Part shown: in pieces, positions 31,200-41,301 of the stretch
How positions within the stretch are numbered: position 1 is the stretch's first letter
Layout: each line of letters begins with the position of its first letter
Assembly (NCBI GenBank): GCA_049967475.1
Contig: JBMFSQ010000008.1
Span: 32,001 to 96,000 of the forward strand
DNA from: Chthonomonadales bacterium
GTDB lineage: Bacteria > Armatimonadota > Chthonomonadetes > Chthonomonadales > CAJBBX01
Direction: 5' to 3'
Length of the DNA stretch: 64,000 bases
Notes under the pieces: generated by a model
Databases searched by the model: none
What the model saw: only the letters and a program-made list of their open reading frames with translations
What the model was told of the DNA's origin: nothing
Translations under genes and position numbers: made by a program

Positions 31200-32363
31200 A
31201 TGATTATCTTTCCGGAACACGTTGGACCGGTCAGCGTTATCGCAGCGGCACCTTACGTTGCAGTGCTGTGCATCATCGGCTTCATTCTGACCATTGTGCC
31301 CGGGCTCATCTGGATCGAACGCGTGGTGATGGCCTTAATGCAGGACCGTCTCGGCCCGAACCGCGTGGGGCCAAGGGGGCTCTTGCAGAGCATCGCAGAC
31401 GGCATCAAGCTGTTCTTCAAGGAAGATATCGAACCCGGCGGTGTAGACCGGCCCATCTATTACCTTGCCCCGGTCATTACCATGATCCCTGCTCTGTCGG
31501 CCGGCGCCACCATTCCCTTCGGAACCATCCGGGTGCGGTTGGAGAGCGGTTCCGTTACTGAGGTGCCTCTGGTGGCCGGGAATGTGAACATCGGCCTCAT
31601 TTTCATCCTCGCCATGGCCTCTCTTCAGGTATACGGTATCGTGCTGGCGGGATGGTCTTCCAACAACAAGTACTCGCTATTAGGCGGGCTCCGCTCATCG
31701 GCACAAATGATCAGTTATGAGCTCGCAATGACACTGGCGCTCTTGACCGGCATCCTGATGTCGGGGTCGCTGAACCTCGTAGACATCGTGAAGCAGCAAG
31801 GACCGCATCTGCTCCACTGGAACTTCATCAACGTCCGGTATTTTGCGCTCCCAGGGTTGGCTGCGAGCCTCATCTACCTGATCGCAATGGTAGCCGAAAC
31901 GAATCGCGCCCCCTTCGATTTGCCCGAGGCGGAATCGGAGTTGATCGCAGGGTTCCACACCGAATATTCGTCCATGAAGTTCGCCATGTTCTTCATGGGC
32001 GAGTACGCTTCCATGCTGGTTGCGGCAGGATTGGCTACCTGCCTGTGGTTCGGCGGCTGGTACGCTCCCTTCCGGTGGGTGGTATGGGATTGGGTGCCCG
32101 GCTTCGTGTGGTTTGTGGGCAAGTTGATGGCGATCATCTTCGTTTATGTATGGCTTCGCGCGACGCTGCCCCGGCTTCGATACGACGCGTTGATGAAGCT
32201 CGGCTGGAAGCGCATGCTCCCTGCAGCCCTCGTGGTGCTGTTCTTGGTGGCAGCGATTGACACCGTTCAGACGCCGCTAGGCATCCAGCGCCAGCAGCCC
32301 ATTGCAGAGGTTCACAGGCCCGTCCACATGCCCATGCTGGCTGCGCCACAGGGGGTGAGGTAA
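31200..32363 (+). CDS. nuoH: NADH-quinone oxidoreductase subunit H
   Basis: [19 protein letters not shown] and [17 protein letters not shown]. Confidence 0.98.
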   Translation: MIIFPEHVGPVSVIAAAPYVAVLCIIGFILTIVPGLIWIERVVMALMQDRLGPNRVGPRGLLQSIADGIKLFFKEDIEPGGVDRPIYYLAPVITMIPALSAGATIPFGTIRVRLESGSVTEVPLVAGNVNIGLIFILAMASLQVYGIVLAGWSSNNKYSLLGGLRSSAQMISYELAMTLALLTGILMSGSLNLVDIVKQQGPHLLHWNFINVRYFALPGLAASLIYLIAMVAETNRAPFDLPEAESELIAGFHTEYSSMKFAMFFMGEYASMLVAAGLATCLWFGGWYAPFRWVVWDWVPGFVWFVGKLMAIIFVYVWLRATLPRLRYDALMKLGWKRMLPAALVVLFLVAAIDTVQTPLGIQRQQPIAEVHRPVHMPMLAAPQGVR

Positions 32364-32365
32364 CG

Positions 32366-32887
32366 ATGTCCGGCCAGATTGCACTCTTTTGGCTGTTGGC
32401 GCTGGTGTCGGTTGTGTCCGCGGTATTGGTGGTGCTTCATCGAAACCCGGTGCGCAGCGCATTGTTCCTCGTGGTGAATTTCTTTGTCCTTGCCGTTTTG
32501 TACCTAACACTCTCCGCGCAGTTTATCGCGGCTGTGCAGGTGATCGTGTACGCCGGCGCCATCATGGTCCTGTTCCTGTTTACGATCATGCTCCTCAACC
32601 TAGGAGCGCCAGGGGCTCCCGTCGGTAAGCGTTCCATCCAGAAGCCTACGGCTGTGGTGCTGGCTTTGGCCTTCGTTACGATCCTTACAGGTACGGGTAT
32701 GGTGAGCGCCGGCATGGCGGCATCCCATGCCACACGGGCCACTCTGGAAACGGGCGGCACGGTTCAAGCCGTGGGATTGGCCCTGTTCGACGCCAATCAA
32801 CCCTGGCTCTTTCCGTTCGAAGTGACCTCGCTCCTTTTGTTGGTAGGGGTCGTGGGCGCGATCGTAATGGCGAAGCGGAGGCTCTAG
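32366..32887 (+). CDS. nuoJ: NADH-quinone oxidoreductase subunit J
   Basis: NPVRSAL, QVIVYAGAIMVLFLF and PFEV.S.LLL. Confidence 0.96.
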   Translation: MSGQIALFWLLALVSVVSAVLVVLHRNPVRSALFLVVNFFVLAVLYLTLSAQFIAAVQVIVYAGAIMVLFLFTIMLLNLGAPGAPVGKRSIQKPTAVVLALAFVTILTGTGMVSAGMAASHATRATLETGGTVQAVGLALFDANQPWLFPFEVTSLLLLVGVVGAIVMAKRRL

Positions 32888-32889
32888 AA

Positions 32890-33201
32890 TTGGTCTTGCC
32901 AGTACCTACCGACTATTACGTGATCTTGGGGGCCGTCCTGTTCACGATCGGGGTAACGGGTGTGCTCGTAAAGCGCAATCCAATCGTGATCTTCATGTGC
33001 ATCGAGCTCATGCTCAATGCCGTGAACCTTACATTCATCGCGCTCGGGCGCCATTTCGGCCATGCCAACGGGCAGATGTACGTGGTTTTTGTGATGGCGG
33101 TCGCAGCAGCGGAGGTGTCCATCGGACTGGGCATCATCGTGGCGATCTTCCGCACCAAGGAAACCATAGACATTGATGAAGTGAACCTGCTGAAGTTCTA
33201 A
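32890..33201 (+). CDS. nuoK: NADH-quinone oxidoreductase subunit K
   Basis: IELMLNAVNL and VAAAEV.IGL. Confidence 0.97.
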   Translation: MVLPVPTDYYVILGAVLFTIGVTGVLVKRNPIVIFMCIELMLNAVNLTFIALGRHFGHANGQMYVVFVMAVAAAEVSIGLGIIVAIFRTKETIDIDEVNLLKF

Positions 33202-33238
33202 TTGCGATTATGGTGCGGGACCTAGCCTGCGCATCGGA

Positions 33239-35266
33239 GTGGGGAAGGTGAGCAACAGTCTGGCCAGTGAGAACCTTGTTTGGCTGATCCCAGGGCTTCC
33301 GCTGATGGGCTTTCTATTCCACGCCTTCTTGGGGGGATGGCTTATCGCGCGGTTGGGAGCGAAGACGGGCAGGCGGCTCGTGGGCTCCCTCGCCACGCTT
33401 CTGGTGCTTGCATCCTTCGCCCTGAGCCTGCGTGTCATGATGGACCTCCGCGCTTTGGGCGAGGCGCCCCGCGTGATCGTGAGCCTCGTGCCGGGGCATT
33501 CCTGGGTACCCTGGATTTCCATCGGCGGATTGCAGGTGGGGTACCAAGCTCTCGTAGACCCCCTCTCGATCCTCATGTGCCTCATCGTTACGGGGGTAGG
33601 CGGGCTGATCCATCTTTACGCAACCGGGTATATGGCCGAGGACAAAGATTACGCCCGCTTCTTCACGTATTTCAATCTCTTCATCTTCTTCATGCTCGTA
33701 TTGGTTCTCAGTGAGTCCATCCTGCTCATGTTCGTAGGGTGGGAGGGCGTTGGGCTCTGCTCCTACTTGCTGATTGCCTTCTGGTACGAGGACGTGGAGA
33801 ACTCCAAGGCCGGCAACAAAGCCTTCATTGTGAACCGCATCGGGGACGTAGGTTTCGCTTTGGGTGTGATGACCATCTTCGCCGTTTTCGGCACCCTTTC
33901 CTTTTATCGGCCGGACGGCAGCGGCTTCCTGGATTTGGCAACGAAGGGGATGGTGGCGCACGGGCCGCTCACAGTGTCCATGGCGACATTGATCGGGCTG
34001 CTCTTATTCATTGGGGCAACGGGCAAATCGGCCCAGTTCCCATTGTATGTTTGGCTTCCGGATGCAATGGCGGGCCCCACACCCGTGTCGGCTCTCATTC
34101 ATGCCGCCACCATGGTTACGGCCGGCGTCGTGATGCTTGCGAGGGTGAGCCCGCTCATCGTTCATTCCAGCGCCGCCATGACCGTGATTGCGTCCGTCGG
34201 TGTCTTTACCGCATTCTTTGCTGCGACGATTGGCCTCACTCAAAACGACATCAAGAAGGTGCTGGCGTACTCCACCGTGAGCCAGCTTGGATACATGTTT
34301 CTGGGGTGCGGCGTAGGAGCTTTCAGCGCGGGGATGTTCCACGTGACCACGCACGCCTTTTTCAAAGCGCTCCTCTTCTTGGGAGCGGGTTCCGTAATCC
34401 ATGCCCTCGGCGGCGAGCAAGATCTCCGCAAGATGGGAGGATTGCGCACCAAGCTTCCTGTTACCTTCGCTACCATGGCGGTCGCGTGGCTGGCGATATC
34501 CGGCATCCCGCCCTTGGCCGGCTTTTGGAGCAAGGACGAAATCCTGGCTAGGGCGATGGCCTTCCCAGGCATCGGCATGGCGCTGTATTCGGTCGGTCTG
34601 GTCACGGCCATCCTTACAGCTTTCTACATGACCCGGCTGATGATGAAGGCGTTCTTCACGAAACCCCGTTTCGACGAGCATTCCGGCGGGCACGGGCACG
34701 CCTCGCTGCACGAAGCGCCCCCATCTATGCTGGTTCCCCTCGTCATTTTGGCGGTGCTGTCCTTCGTTGGAGGGTGGATCGGCACGCCGTGGGGGAACCG
34801 GTTCGAGGAGTTTCTGAAGCCTGCTGTGGCAGCGATGGAAGCGCGGGAAGCCATAACGCCGGTTGCGGGAATGATCCTAGGGACGCTGGCAGGGTTGTTG
34901 GGCATCACGGTGTGCTGGCGCCTTTATAGTGCTCGCGCAGACACCGGCGAGCTCCTTGCACCGGAACAGCGGCAGCGGAGCCTACTCTACCGTGGCTCAC
35001 TGAACCTTTGGTATGTGGACGGTTTCTTTTACCGCGTGTTCGTGACGATGGGGGGTCGCGTCGCGACCCGAGTTTGGAAGTGGATTGATGCAGGACTTGT
35101 GGACGGTACCGTGCGGTTCGTGGCCTACTTCACGGGCTTCTTGAGTGAGGTGCTGCGCCGCATTCAAACGGGATACGTGCGCAATTATGCCCTTATGATG
35201 GTTCTGGGTACAATCGCAGTGCTTGTAGCAATCCTTTGGGGAGCGCACGGAGCGGCGACACGGTAG
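33239..35266 (+). CDS. nuoL: NADH-quinone oxidoreductase subunit L
   Basis: GWEGVGLCSYLL, GKSAQFPL..WLPDAMAGPTPVSALIHAATMV and THAFFKA. Alternative GTG start at 33248. Confidence 0.98.
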   Translation: MGKVSNSLASENLVWLIPGLPLMGFLFHAFLGGWLIARLGAKTGRRLVGSLATLLVLASFALSLRVMMDLRALGEAPRVIVSLVPGHSWVPWISIGGLQVGYQALVDPLSILMCLIVTGVGGLIHLYATGYMAEDKDYARFFTYFNLFIFFMLVLVLSESILLMFVGWEGVGLCSYLLIAFWYEDVENSKAGNKAFIVNRIGDVGFALGVMTIFAVFGTLSFYRPDGSGFLDLATKGMVAHGPLTVSMATLIGLLLFIGATGKSAQFPLYVWLPDAMAGPTPVSALIHAATMVTAGVVMLARVSPLIVHSSAAMTVIASVGVFTAFFAATIGLTQNDIKKVLAYSTVSQLGYMFLGCGVGAFSAGMFHVTTHAFFKALLFLGAGSVIHALGGEQDLRKMGGLRTKLPVTFATMAVAWLAISGIPPLAGFWSKDEILARAMAFPGIGMALYSVGLVTAILTAFYMTRLMMKAFFTKPRFDEHSGGHGHASLHEAPPSMLVPLVILAVLSFVGGWIGTPWGNRFEEFLKPAVAAMEAREAITPVAGMILGTLAGLLGITVCWRLYSARADTGELLAPEQRQRSLLYRGSLNLWYVDGFFYRVFVTMGGRVATRVWKWIDAGLVDGTVRFVAYFTGFLSEVLRRIQTGYVRNYALMMVLGTIAVLVAILWGAHGAATR

Positions 35267-35314
35267 GAGAATGCCGGCGTTGCGCGGAGGCAATGCCAAC
35301 CAGTTGAGGGACCG

Positions 35315-36952
35315 ATGCAACAGCTTCTCAGCAATAATCTGCTTAGCTTTGTGATCTTCCTGCCCTTGGTGGGAGCCATCCTCTTGATGCTCTTCCCGCA
35401 CGTTCCGGACGAGGCGGCGGGCACGGCCCACGGTACGAGCGGGGAGGCGCCCGCACAGGGGCGGGGAGGCGGCATCGCAGTGCGATGGTTTGCCCTTCTG
35501 GTGTCTCTTGCGGACTTTGGGGCTTCTCTGGGGCTCATGAGAGGCTTCCATCCCGGGCATGGCGACTTTCAGTACGTGGAGGGCCCATTCCCGTGGATCC
35601 AACAATACGGCGTCCATTACCATGTGGGCCTGGACGGCATCGGACTTCTGTTTGTCCTTCTGACAACGTTCACCACCGTTCTGGCAGTACTTTACTCGTT
35701 CGTGGTGAAGACGCGCATTAAGGAGTTCATGGTCTTTCTGCTGATCTTGGAGGCAGCCCTCAACGGCGTCTTTAGCGCTCTGGATCTTGTGCTCTTCTAC
35801 GTGTTTTGGGAAGCTGTGCTCATACCCATGTATTTTCTCATTGGGGTATGGGGCCATGACAACCGAGTATACGCAGCGGTGAAGTTTTTCATCTACACAT
35901 TCGTGGGCAGCATCCTGATGCTGGTGGCGATTGTGTATCTGTACGCGCACACCGGTACGTTCAGCCTCCTGGAATTGACGACGCCCGGCACCAGTGCCCA
36001 CACACAGCTCGCTGCGATGAGCCCTCGTACGCTCATGTGGCTGTACGCGGCGTTCGCATTGGCCTTCATGATCAAGGTGCCGATGTTCCCCTTCCACACC
36101 TGGCTTCCCGATGCGCATGTGGAGGCCCCCACAGCCGGCTCCGTAATCCTGGCGGGTGTCCTCTTGAAAATGGGCGTCTACGGCTTCCTCAGGTTTTGCA
36201 TCCCGCTCTTCCCCGCCCAGGCTTTGCAGAGCGCTCCTTTGTTTCTCACCCTGGCTGTTGTGGGCATCATATATGGGGCTGTCGTTGCGGCCGTCCAACC
36301 CGATATGAAGAAAGTGGTAGCGTACTCCAGCGTAAGCCACCTTGGGTTCGTAATGCTTGGGGTGTTCTCGTTTACCACCCTGGGACTTACGGGGGCAATG
36401 CTTCAGAGCCTGAACCACGGTGTGTCTACGGGCATGCTGTTCTTTTTGGTGGGGATGCTGTACGACAGGCGGCACACGCGTGAGATCGCCGCCTTCGGCG
36501 GTATCAAGAGATCGGTGCCGGTTCTATCGGCCTTCTTCTTGCTGGCGATGCTCTCTTCCATCGCCTTGCCCCTTACAAACGGCTTCGTGGGAGAGTTCAC
36601 CATCCTGCAAGGGAGTTATCTGCGCCACGGGTTCGCCTATACTGCCTGGGCGGCTACAGGCATGGTGCTCTCCGCCGTCTATATGCTCTGGCTCTTCCAG
36701 AGGGTCTTCACCGGCCCGCTGCTCGTAGAAGAGAACCGCTCGATGCCCGATTTAGGCATTCGGGAACGCGCCGTTCTTGCACCGTTAGTGGTGATGATCT
36801 TTTGGTTCGGGATGTACGTAACATCGTGGACCGGATACCTTGACCGGCCGGTGGGCGCGCTGCTGGGCTACGTAGGAGCGAACTCTTCAATAGCTCGCAG
36901 CGCAGTAAGGATGCCCGTGGCAATGGGGAGCCTGAAAGGATGGAACCGATGA
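35315..36952 (+). CDS. nuoM: NADH-quinone oxidoreductase subunit M
   Basis: FYVFWE, KVPMFPFHTWLPDAHVEAPTAGS and AYSSVSHLG. Confidence 0.98.
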   Translation: MQQLLSNNLLSFVIFLPLVGAILLMLFPHVPDEAAGTAHGTSGEAPAQGRGGGIAVRWFALLVSLADFGASLGLMRGFHPGHGDFQYVEGPFPWIQQYGVHYHVGLDGIGLLFVLLTTFTTVLAVLYSFVVKTRIKEFMVFLLILEAALNGVFSALDLVLFYVFWEAVLIPMYFLIGVWGHDNRVYAAVKFFIYTFVGSILMLVAIVYLYAHTGTFSLLELTTPGTSAHTQLAAMSPRTLMWLYAAFALAFMIKVPMFPFHTWLPDAHVEAPTAGSVILAGVLLKMGVYGFLRFCIPLFPAQALQSAPLFLTLAVVGIIYGAVVAAVQPDMKKVVAYSSVSHLGFVMLGVFSFTTLGLTGAMLQSLNHGVSTGMLFFLVGMLYDRRHTREIAAFGGIKRSVPVLSAFFLLAMLSSIALPLTNGFVGEFTILQGSYLRHGFAYTAWAATGMVLSAVYMLWLFQRVFTGPLLVEENRSMPDLGIRERAVLAPLVVMIFWFGMYVTSWTGYLDRPVGALLGYVGANSSIARSAVRMPVAMGSLKGWNR

Positions 36953-37884
36953 CTTCAAAAGAGCGCGTTCTGGCTGCATGTGCTGGGGGATCTGTAGACC
37001 GGGTACCCTACAGTCTGTGGTATCACTTCCGGCTGGATCCGCCGGCTGGTGAGAACATGGCCCAGGCCGAGCTGCAATTCTATCGCCTGTACACGCCGGA
37101 CCTGTTCAAGGTGATGCACGATATCCCCTACGAAATGCCCGAGGGCATGCCCGTAGTTAAGTCTGCTGAAGACTGGCGGGCATTGCCGGTGCTGGACGGC
37201 GTGTCTGGGAACTTCGGAGCACAATTGGGAACCGTGCAGCGCATCATCCAGGAATGTAACGGCGACGTTCCGGTGATAGACACGGTGTTCAGCATCTTTT
37301 CCACGGCGCAGAAGGTGTGCGGAAACCGCACGTTAGAGTTCCTCAAGACCGATCCTGATGCGCTTCATGCCGGCCTTCGGGCGTTGGCTGCATCCCTTGC
37401 CAACTATTCTTCGGCTCTCGTGAGCCATGGGGCCGACGGTATCTACTTGGCAATCTCGGGGGCGGCTCGTGACACGATGGACGAGGCTACGTACCGCCAG
37501 CACTTTGCGCGGTACGATCAGCAGATTTTGGACGCAGCATCCGGCGGGAGGGTCAACGTAGCACACCATCACGGCGTGGGCATCTATCCCGAGATCGTCC
37601 TGGAAATGAAGGGCTTCCGGATCTATAGCTGGTCCAACCGTTTACCTGGGAACCCTTCCATTCGTGAGATGCGCGTACGTACCAAGACGTGCCTCATGAC
37701 CGGCATAGATGAGACGAAATTTGCGGCCATGACGCCGGAAGAGATTGTGGCTCAGGGGCGCGACGCGGTGGCGGAGGCCGGAGGCAAGGGGTTCATTTTG
37801 GCGCCGGGGTGCGCAGTGCCGACACCTCCCGAGACGTCCCAAGAGCAACTCGCGGCGTTTCAAAGGGCAGTGTCGGCAGGGTGA
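36949..37884 (+). CDS. Uroporphyrinogen decarboxylase / MtaA-CmuA superfamily (URO-D-like) protein of unknown function
   Basis: MTSKERVLAA...DRVP N-terminus, GADGI, HHHG and GFILAPGC. Lacks the HemE MRQAGR motif. ATGA overlap with the nuoM stop; AAGGA SD. Confidence 0.8.
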   Translation: MTSKERVLAACAGGSVDRVPYSLWYHFRLDPPAGENMAQAELQFYRLYTPDLFKVMHDIPYEMPEGMPVVKSAEDWRALPVLDGVSGNFGAQLGTVQRIIQECNGDVPVIDTVFSIFSTAQKVCGNRTLEFLKTDPDALHAGLRALAASLANYSSALVSHGADGIYLAISGAARDTMDEATYRQHFARYDQQILDAASGGRVNVAHHHGVGIYPEIVLEMKGFRIYSWSNRLPGNPSIREMRVRTKTCLMTGIDETKFAAMTPEEIVAQGRDAVAEAGGKGFILAPGCAVPTPPETSQEQLAAFQRAVSAG

Positions 37885-37918
37885 CGCGTGGTTTCGATAC
37901 GGAGGCGGCAGAGGGGTA

Positions 37919-39400
37919 ATGCTAACATCGGCTCATATGGCTGCAGATATGGCAGCAATCAAGCCTGCACTCATCCTGTGCACAGCGGGCTGTGTGGTGC
38001 TTCTGGGAGATGCGTTCGTGTGGCGCAGACAAAAGACGGTCAGCGCATTGGTAGCGCTGGCAGGCGCTTTCTGGGCTCTTGCAGTACTGGCCCATCGCAT
38101 CCCCTTTTCTGAAGGAGGCACCGCATTTTCCGGGGCCCTCGCGAAGGACAGTTTGGCAGGCGCAGGTGCTGTTGCGCTTTGCGTTACCGCTCTGTTGGCC
38201 GTGTTGCTGGCCTGGACGTACCTGCCGAACAGGAGCCTCAATTACGGCGAGTACTATGCACTGCTCCTCTTCTCCGTGTGCGGAGGCATTCTCATGGCTT
38301 CCGCTCAGGATCTCATCGTGCTGTTTTTGGGCCTGGAGGTTTTGTCGTTCACACTTTATGTGCTCGCAGGCTTCGAGCGGACTTCGGAGCGGAGCGATGA
38401 GGCGGCCCTCAAGTACTTTCTACTAGGCGCCTTTGCATCAGCCTTTTTCCTCTACGGCGTGGCTCTGCTCTACGGTGCCACAGGGTCTACGAACCTTGCG
38501 GTAATCGGGGCAGCCGCCGCAACAGGAACGCGAAGCCCGATGATCCTTGGGGGCATCGGCCTCATCCTCGTGGGAATGGGCTTCAAAGCCGGCGTTGTGC
38601 CGTTCCATCAGTGGACCCCTGATGTGTATGAGGGAGCCCCTACATCCGCCACCGCCTACATGGCGGCAGGCGCCAAGATCGGTGCATTCACAGCCTTGGT
38701 GCGCATCATGGCGGCTTTGGTGCCGTTGTGGAGTGCATGGTTGCCGCCCGTTCAGATCCTGGCAATCCTCACGATGGTCTTCGGCAATTTGCTGGCGATG
38801 CAGCAGCGGAACGTGAAGCGCTTGCTTGCCTACTCCAGCGTTGCCCACGCCGGATACCTTTTGGTGGCAGTCGCTGCGATGGCCCACAAGGGGCAATCTG
38901 TGGCCGGCGTTACGGCGTTCGACATGGCGACCAGCGGTATCGTTTTCTACCTCTTTGCCTATCTCTTCATGACGCTCGGAGCGTTCGGGGTCCTGATTTA
39001 TCTGAGCGCCCGCGACCTGGATTGCCAAACGCTGGAGGACCTTCGCGGGCTGGTGCGGCGAGAGCCCCTCGCTGCCTACGCCATGCTCTTCTTCATGCTG
39101 TCGCTTGGAGGGATCCCTCCTACCATGGGCTTCTTCGGCAAGTGGATGATCTTTCTGGCTGCCCTGAAGGCCGGTGAGCTGGGGCTGGCAATCGTTCTGG
39201 CACTGGCTAGCGCCCTCGCCGTGTACTACTACCTCAAGGTGGTGTGGGTCATCGCCTTCGAGGAACCCAAACGTGCCGCGCCGAGCCCGGGAGCGGCCAG
39301 GCTTGGTGCGGTAGCCACGTTAATTGTGTCTGCAGCCGCAACCGTGATCTTCGGCCTCTTCCCGTTCATCCTGACGCCCATTACGGACGTACTTCGCTAG
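37919..39400 (+). CDS. nuoN: NADH-quinone oxidoreductase subunit N
   Basis: EAALKYFLLG, FKAGVVPFHQWTPDVYEGAPT and KRLLAYSSVAHAGY; ATG at 37919 after GAGGGG. Confidence 0.97.
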   Translation: MLTSAHMAADMAAIKPALILCTAGCVVLLGDAFVWRRQKTVSALVALAGAFWALAVLAHRIPFSEGGTAFSGALAKDSLAGAGAVALCVTALLAVLLAWTYLPNRSLNYGEYYALLLFSVCGGILMASAQDLIVLFLGLEVLSFTLYVLAGFERTSERSDEAALKYFLLGAFASAFFLYGVALLYGATGSTNLAVIGAAAATGTRSPMILGGIGLILVGMGFKAGVVPFHQWTPDVYEGAPTSATAYMAAGAKIGAFTALVRIMAALVPLWSAWLPPVQILAILTMVFGNLLAMQQRNVKRLLAYSSVAHAGYLLVAVAAMAHKGQSVAGVTAFDMATSGIVFYLFAYLFMTLGAFGVLIYLSARDLDCQTLEDLRGLVRREPLAAYAMLFFMLSLGGIPPTMGFFGKWMIFLAALKAGELGLAIVLALASALAVYYYLKVVWVIAFEEPKRAAPSPGAARLGAVATLIVSAAATVIFGLFPFILTPITDVLR

Positions 39401-39409
39401 CGGGGCGAG

Positions 39410-40864
39410 TCAGTACTTGGGCAGAGAGGGATCCACTTCGTCTGCCCATGCCAGGATGCCGCCCTTCAGGTTCTTCAATCGGCTGAACCCGCGCGATTGC
39501 AGCAAGCGCAGAGCCTTGAGAGACCGTACTCCAGAACGGCAATGGAGAACGATCTCGGCGCCGGGATCCAGCTCGGAGCAGCGCTCGGGCAAATCTGCCA
39601 GCGGAATGAGGCGCGCGCAGGGTATCCGGGCGATCTCTGCCTCGTAGGGCTCCCGCACGTCCACCACCACGATGGGGTCGCCCCGATCCAGCCGTTCCTT
39701 AAGTTCCGTGCAGGAGATTTCGAGCACGTCGTCTTGCGCCTTCGCGTCTGGGGTGGGTCTGTTCATCCCACAGAAGGCTTCATAATCAATGAGTTCCCGG
39801 ATCGTCGGTTGATCTCCGCAGATCGGGCACCCGGGATCGCGCTTCAGTTTGAGCTCGCGCCACTGCATCTTCAGCGTGTTGACCATAAGGAGGCGGCCGA
39901 TGAGGGGCTCTCCGATGCCGAGGATGAGCTTGATGGTCTCAGTAGCCTGGATCACGCCCACAAGGCCGGGCAGGATGCCCAAAACGCCTCCCTCGGCACA
40001 CGACGGAACCAGACCTGGCGGCGGAGGCTCGGGATAGAGGCAGCGATAGCATGGGCCGCGCTGTGTCCAAAACACAGATGCCTGGCCCTCAAACCTGAAG
40101 ATGGCTCCGTAGACGTTGGGCTTACCCAGCAGGACGCAGGCGTCGTTGACGAGGTAGCGGGTGGGGAAGTTGTCGGTTCCGTCAACCACTACATCGAATT
40201 CGCGCACGATCTCCAACGCGTTGTGCGAGGTTAGGGCTGTGGGGAACTCCTCGATGCGCACATTGGGGTTGAGGGCGCTGAGGGTCTCACGAGCAGACTG
40301 CAGCTTGGGTTTGCCGATATCGAGGGTGGAATGGATGATCTGGCGGTGCAGATTTGAGGCGTCTACCACATCGAAATCCACGATGCCCAACGTTCCCACG
40401 CCCGCTGCCGCCAGATACATAGCCAGGGGGGATCCCAAACCCCCGGCGCCTACGCACAGGACCCGGGCTCCTTTGAGCTTTTTTTGGCCCTCGAGAGCTA
40501 CCTCGGGCAGGATGAGATGGCGGCTGTACCGCAGCAGCTCTTCGGCACTAAGGTGCTCCGATGCCTTTGCTGTCGGATCGAGGGTGCCGGTGCCGCCGGC
40601 GATGGAGGGCACGATCATCATTTCGTCGCCGGGGCTCAGCGCCGTGTTCAACCCATCCAGGTGCCGAATGTCGCGGTCGCCGACGTAAATGTTCACGAAG
40701 CTACGCAGGCGGCCGTCATCCGTGAAAAGGTGCGGTTTGATGGCCGGGTAGAGTTCCGTAAGGGCGGCGAGCGCTTCCGCCACCGTCGCCGCTTCCACTG
40801 CGATTTCATCTCGACCCTGGGTGTATGCCTGTAGGGCCGATGGGACTAGGATGCTTGCGGACAT
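39410..40864 (-). CDS. moeB: Fusion of a MoaD/CysO-like ubiquitin-like sulfur carrier, a MoeB/E1-like adenylyltransferase and rhodanese (Ubl-MoeZ)
   Basis: aa 1-91 are a Ubl ending IVPSIAGG. Then RYSRH, GAGGLG, SNLHRQ, CYRC, SCAEGG, CPIC, and the rhodanese loop HCRSGVRS. Confidence 0.92.
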   Translation of the reverse strand: MSASILVPSALQAYTQGRDEIAVEAATVAEALAALTELYPAIKPHLFTDDGRLRSFVNIYVGDRDIRHLDGLNTALSPGDEMMIVPSIAGGTGTLDPTAKASEHLSAEELLRYSRHLILPEVALEGQKKLKGARVLCVGAGGLGSPLAMYLAAAGVGTLGIVDFDVVDASNLHRQIIHSTLDIGKPKLQSARETLSALNPNVRIEEFPTALTSHNALEIVREFDVVVDGTDNFPTRYLVNDACVLLGKPNVYGAIFRFEGQASVFWTQRGPCYRCLYPEPPPPGLVPSCAEGGVLGILPGLVGVIQATETIKLILGIGEPLIGRLLMVNTLKMQWRELKLKRDPGCPICGDQPTIRELIDYEAFCGMNRPTPDAKAQDDVLEISCTELKERLDRGDPIVVVDVREPYEAEIARIPCARLIPLADLPERCSELDPGAEIVLHCRSGVRSLKALRLLQSRGFSRLKNLKGGILAWADEVDPSLPKY

Positions 40865-41301
40865 GCTTCATCTCCGGATGCGGATAGGGTGAGAGGTTCT
40901 TCAAGGAACCTGGTGCGGTCGTCTGACAGCGTCCAACATGTAACGCGTTCTGCTTCGCCCTTGAACACAGACACGATCATATAGCTGTACCATGGCCATG
41001 CCCACTCCAAATCATAAACGCTTGGTTGAGCCGGATGGTCCGGATGGGAATGGTAAATGCCCAAGATCGCCATATGGGCTTGCCTGGCCTCTCGCTCCAC
41101 CTGCAGCATCTGCTGGGGCGCGATGAGATAGCGGTGCGTTTGGTCCTCGGCATGCTCATTGGGGATTGTGCGGATGCGGGTAATCGTCTTGACCCCGTCG
41201 CTGTGGCTTCCTAATAGGAGGCCGCAACATTCGTGCGGATAGACCTCCTGGGCGTGGCGCAGTATGGCGCGATGACAACTCCTAGATATTTGGACCCGCA
41301 T
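40846..41301 (-). CDS. JAB/Mov34 (M67) metallopeptidase, Mec/CysO-cysteine peptidase-like
   Basis: YPHECCG...YHSHPDHPAQPSVYD JAMM motif. Confidence 0.92.
   Translation of the reverse strand: MRVQISRSCHRAILRHAQEVYPHECCGLLLGSHSDGVKTITRIRTIPNEHAEDQTHRYLIAPQQMLQVEREARQAHMAILGIYHSHPDHPAQPSVYDLEWAWPWYSYMIVSVFKGEAERVTCWTLSDDRTRFLEEPLTLSASGDEACPQAS

Noticed and set aside
36949..37884. Calling the URO-D-like gene hemE
   Set aside because: It lacks the WxMRQAGR substrate-binding motif of true uroporphyrinogen decarboxylases.
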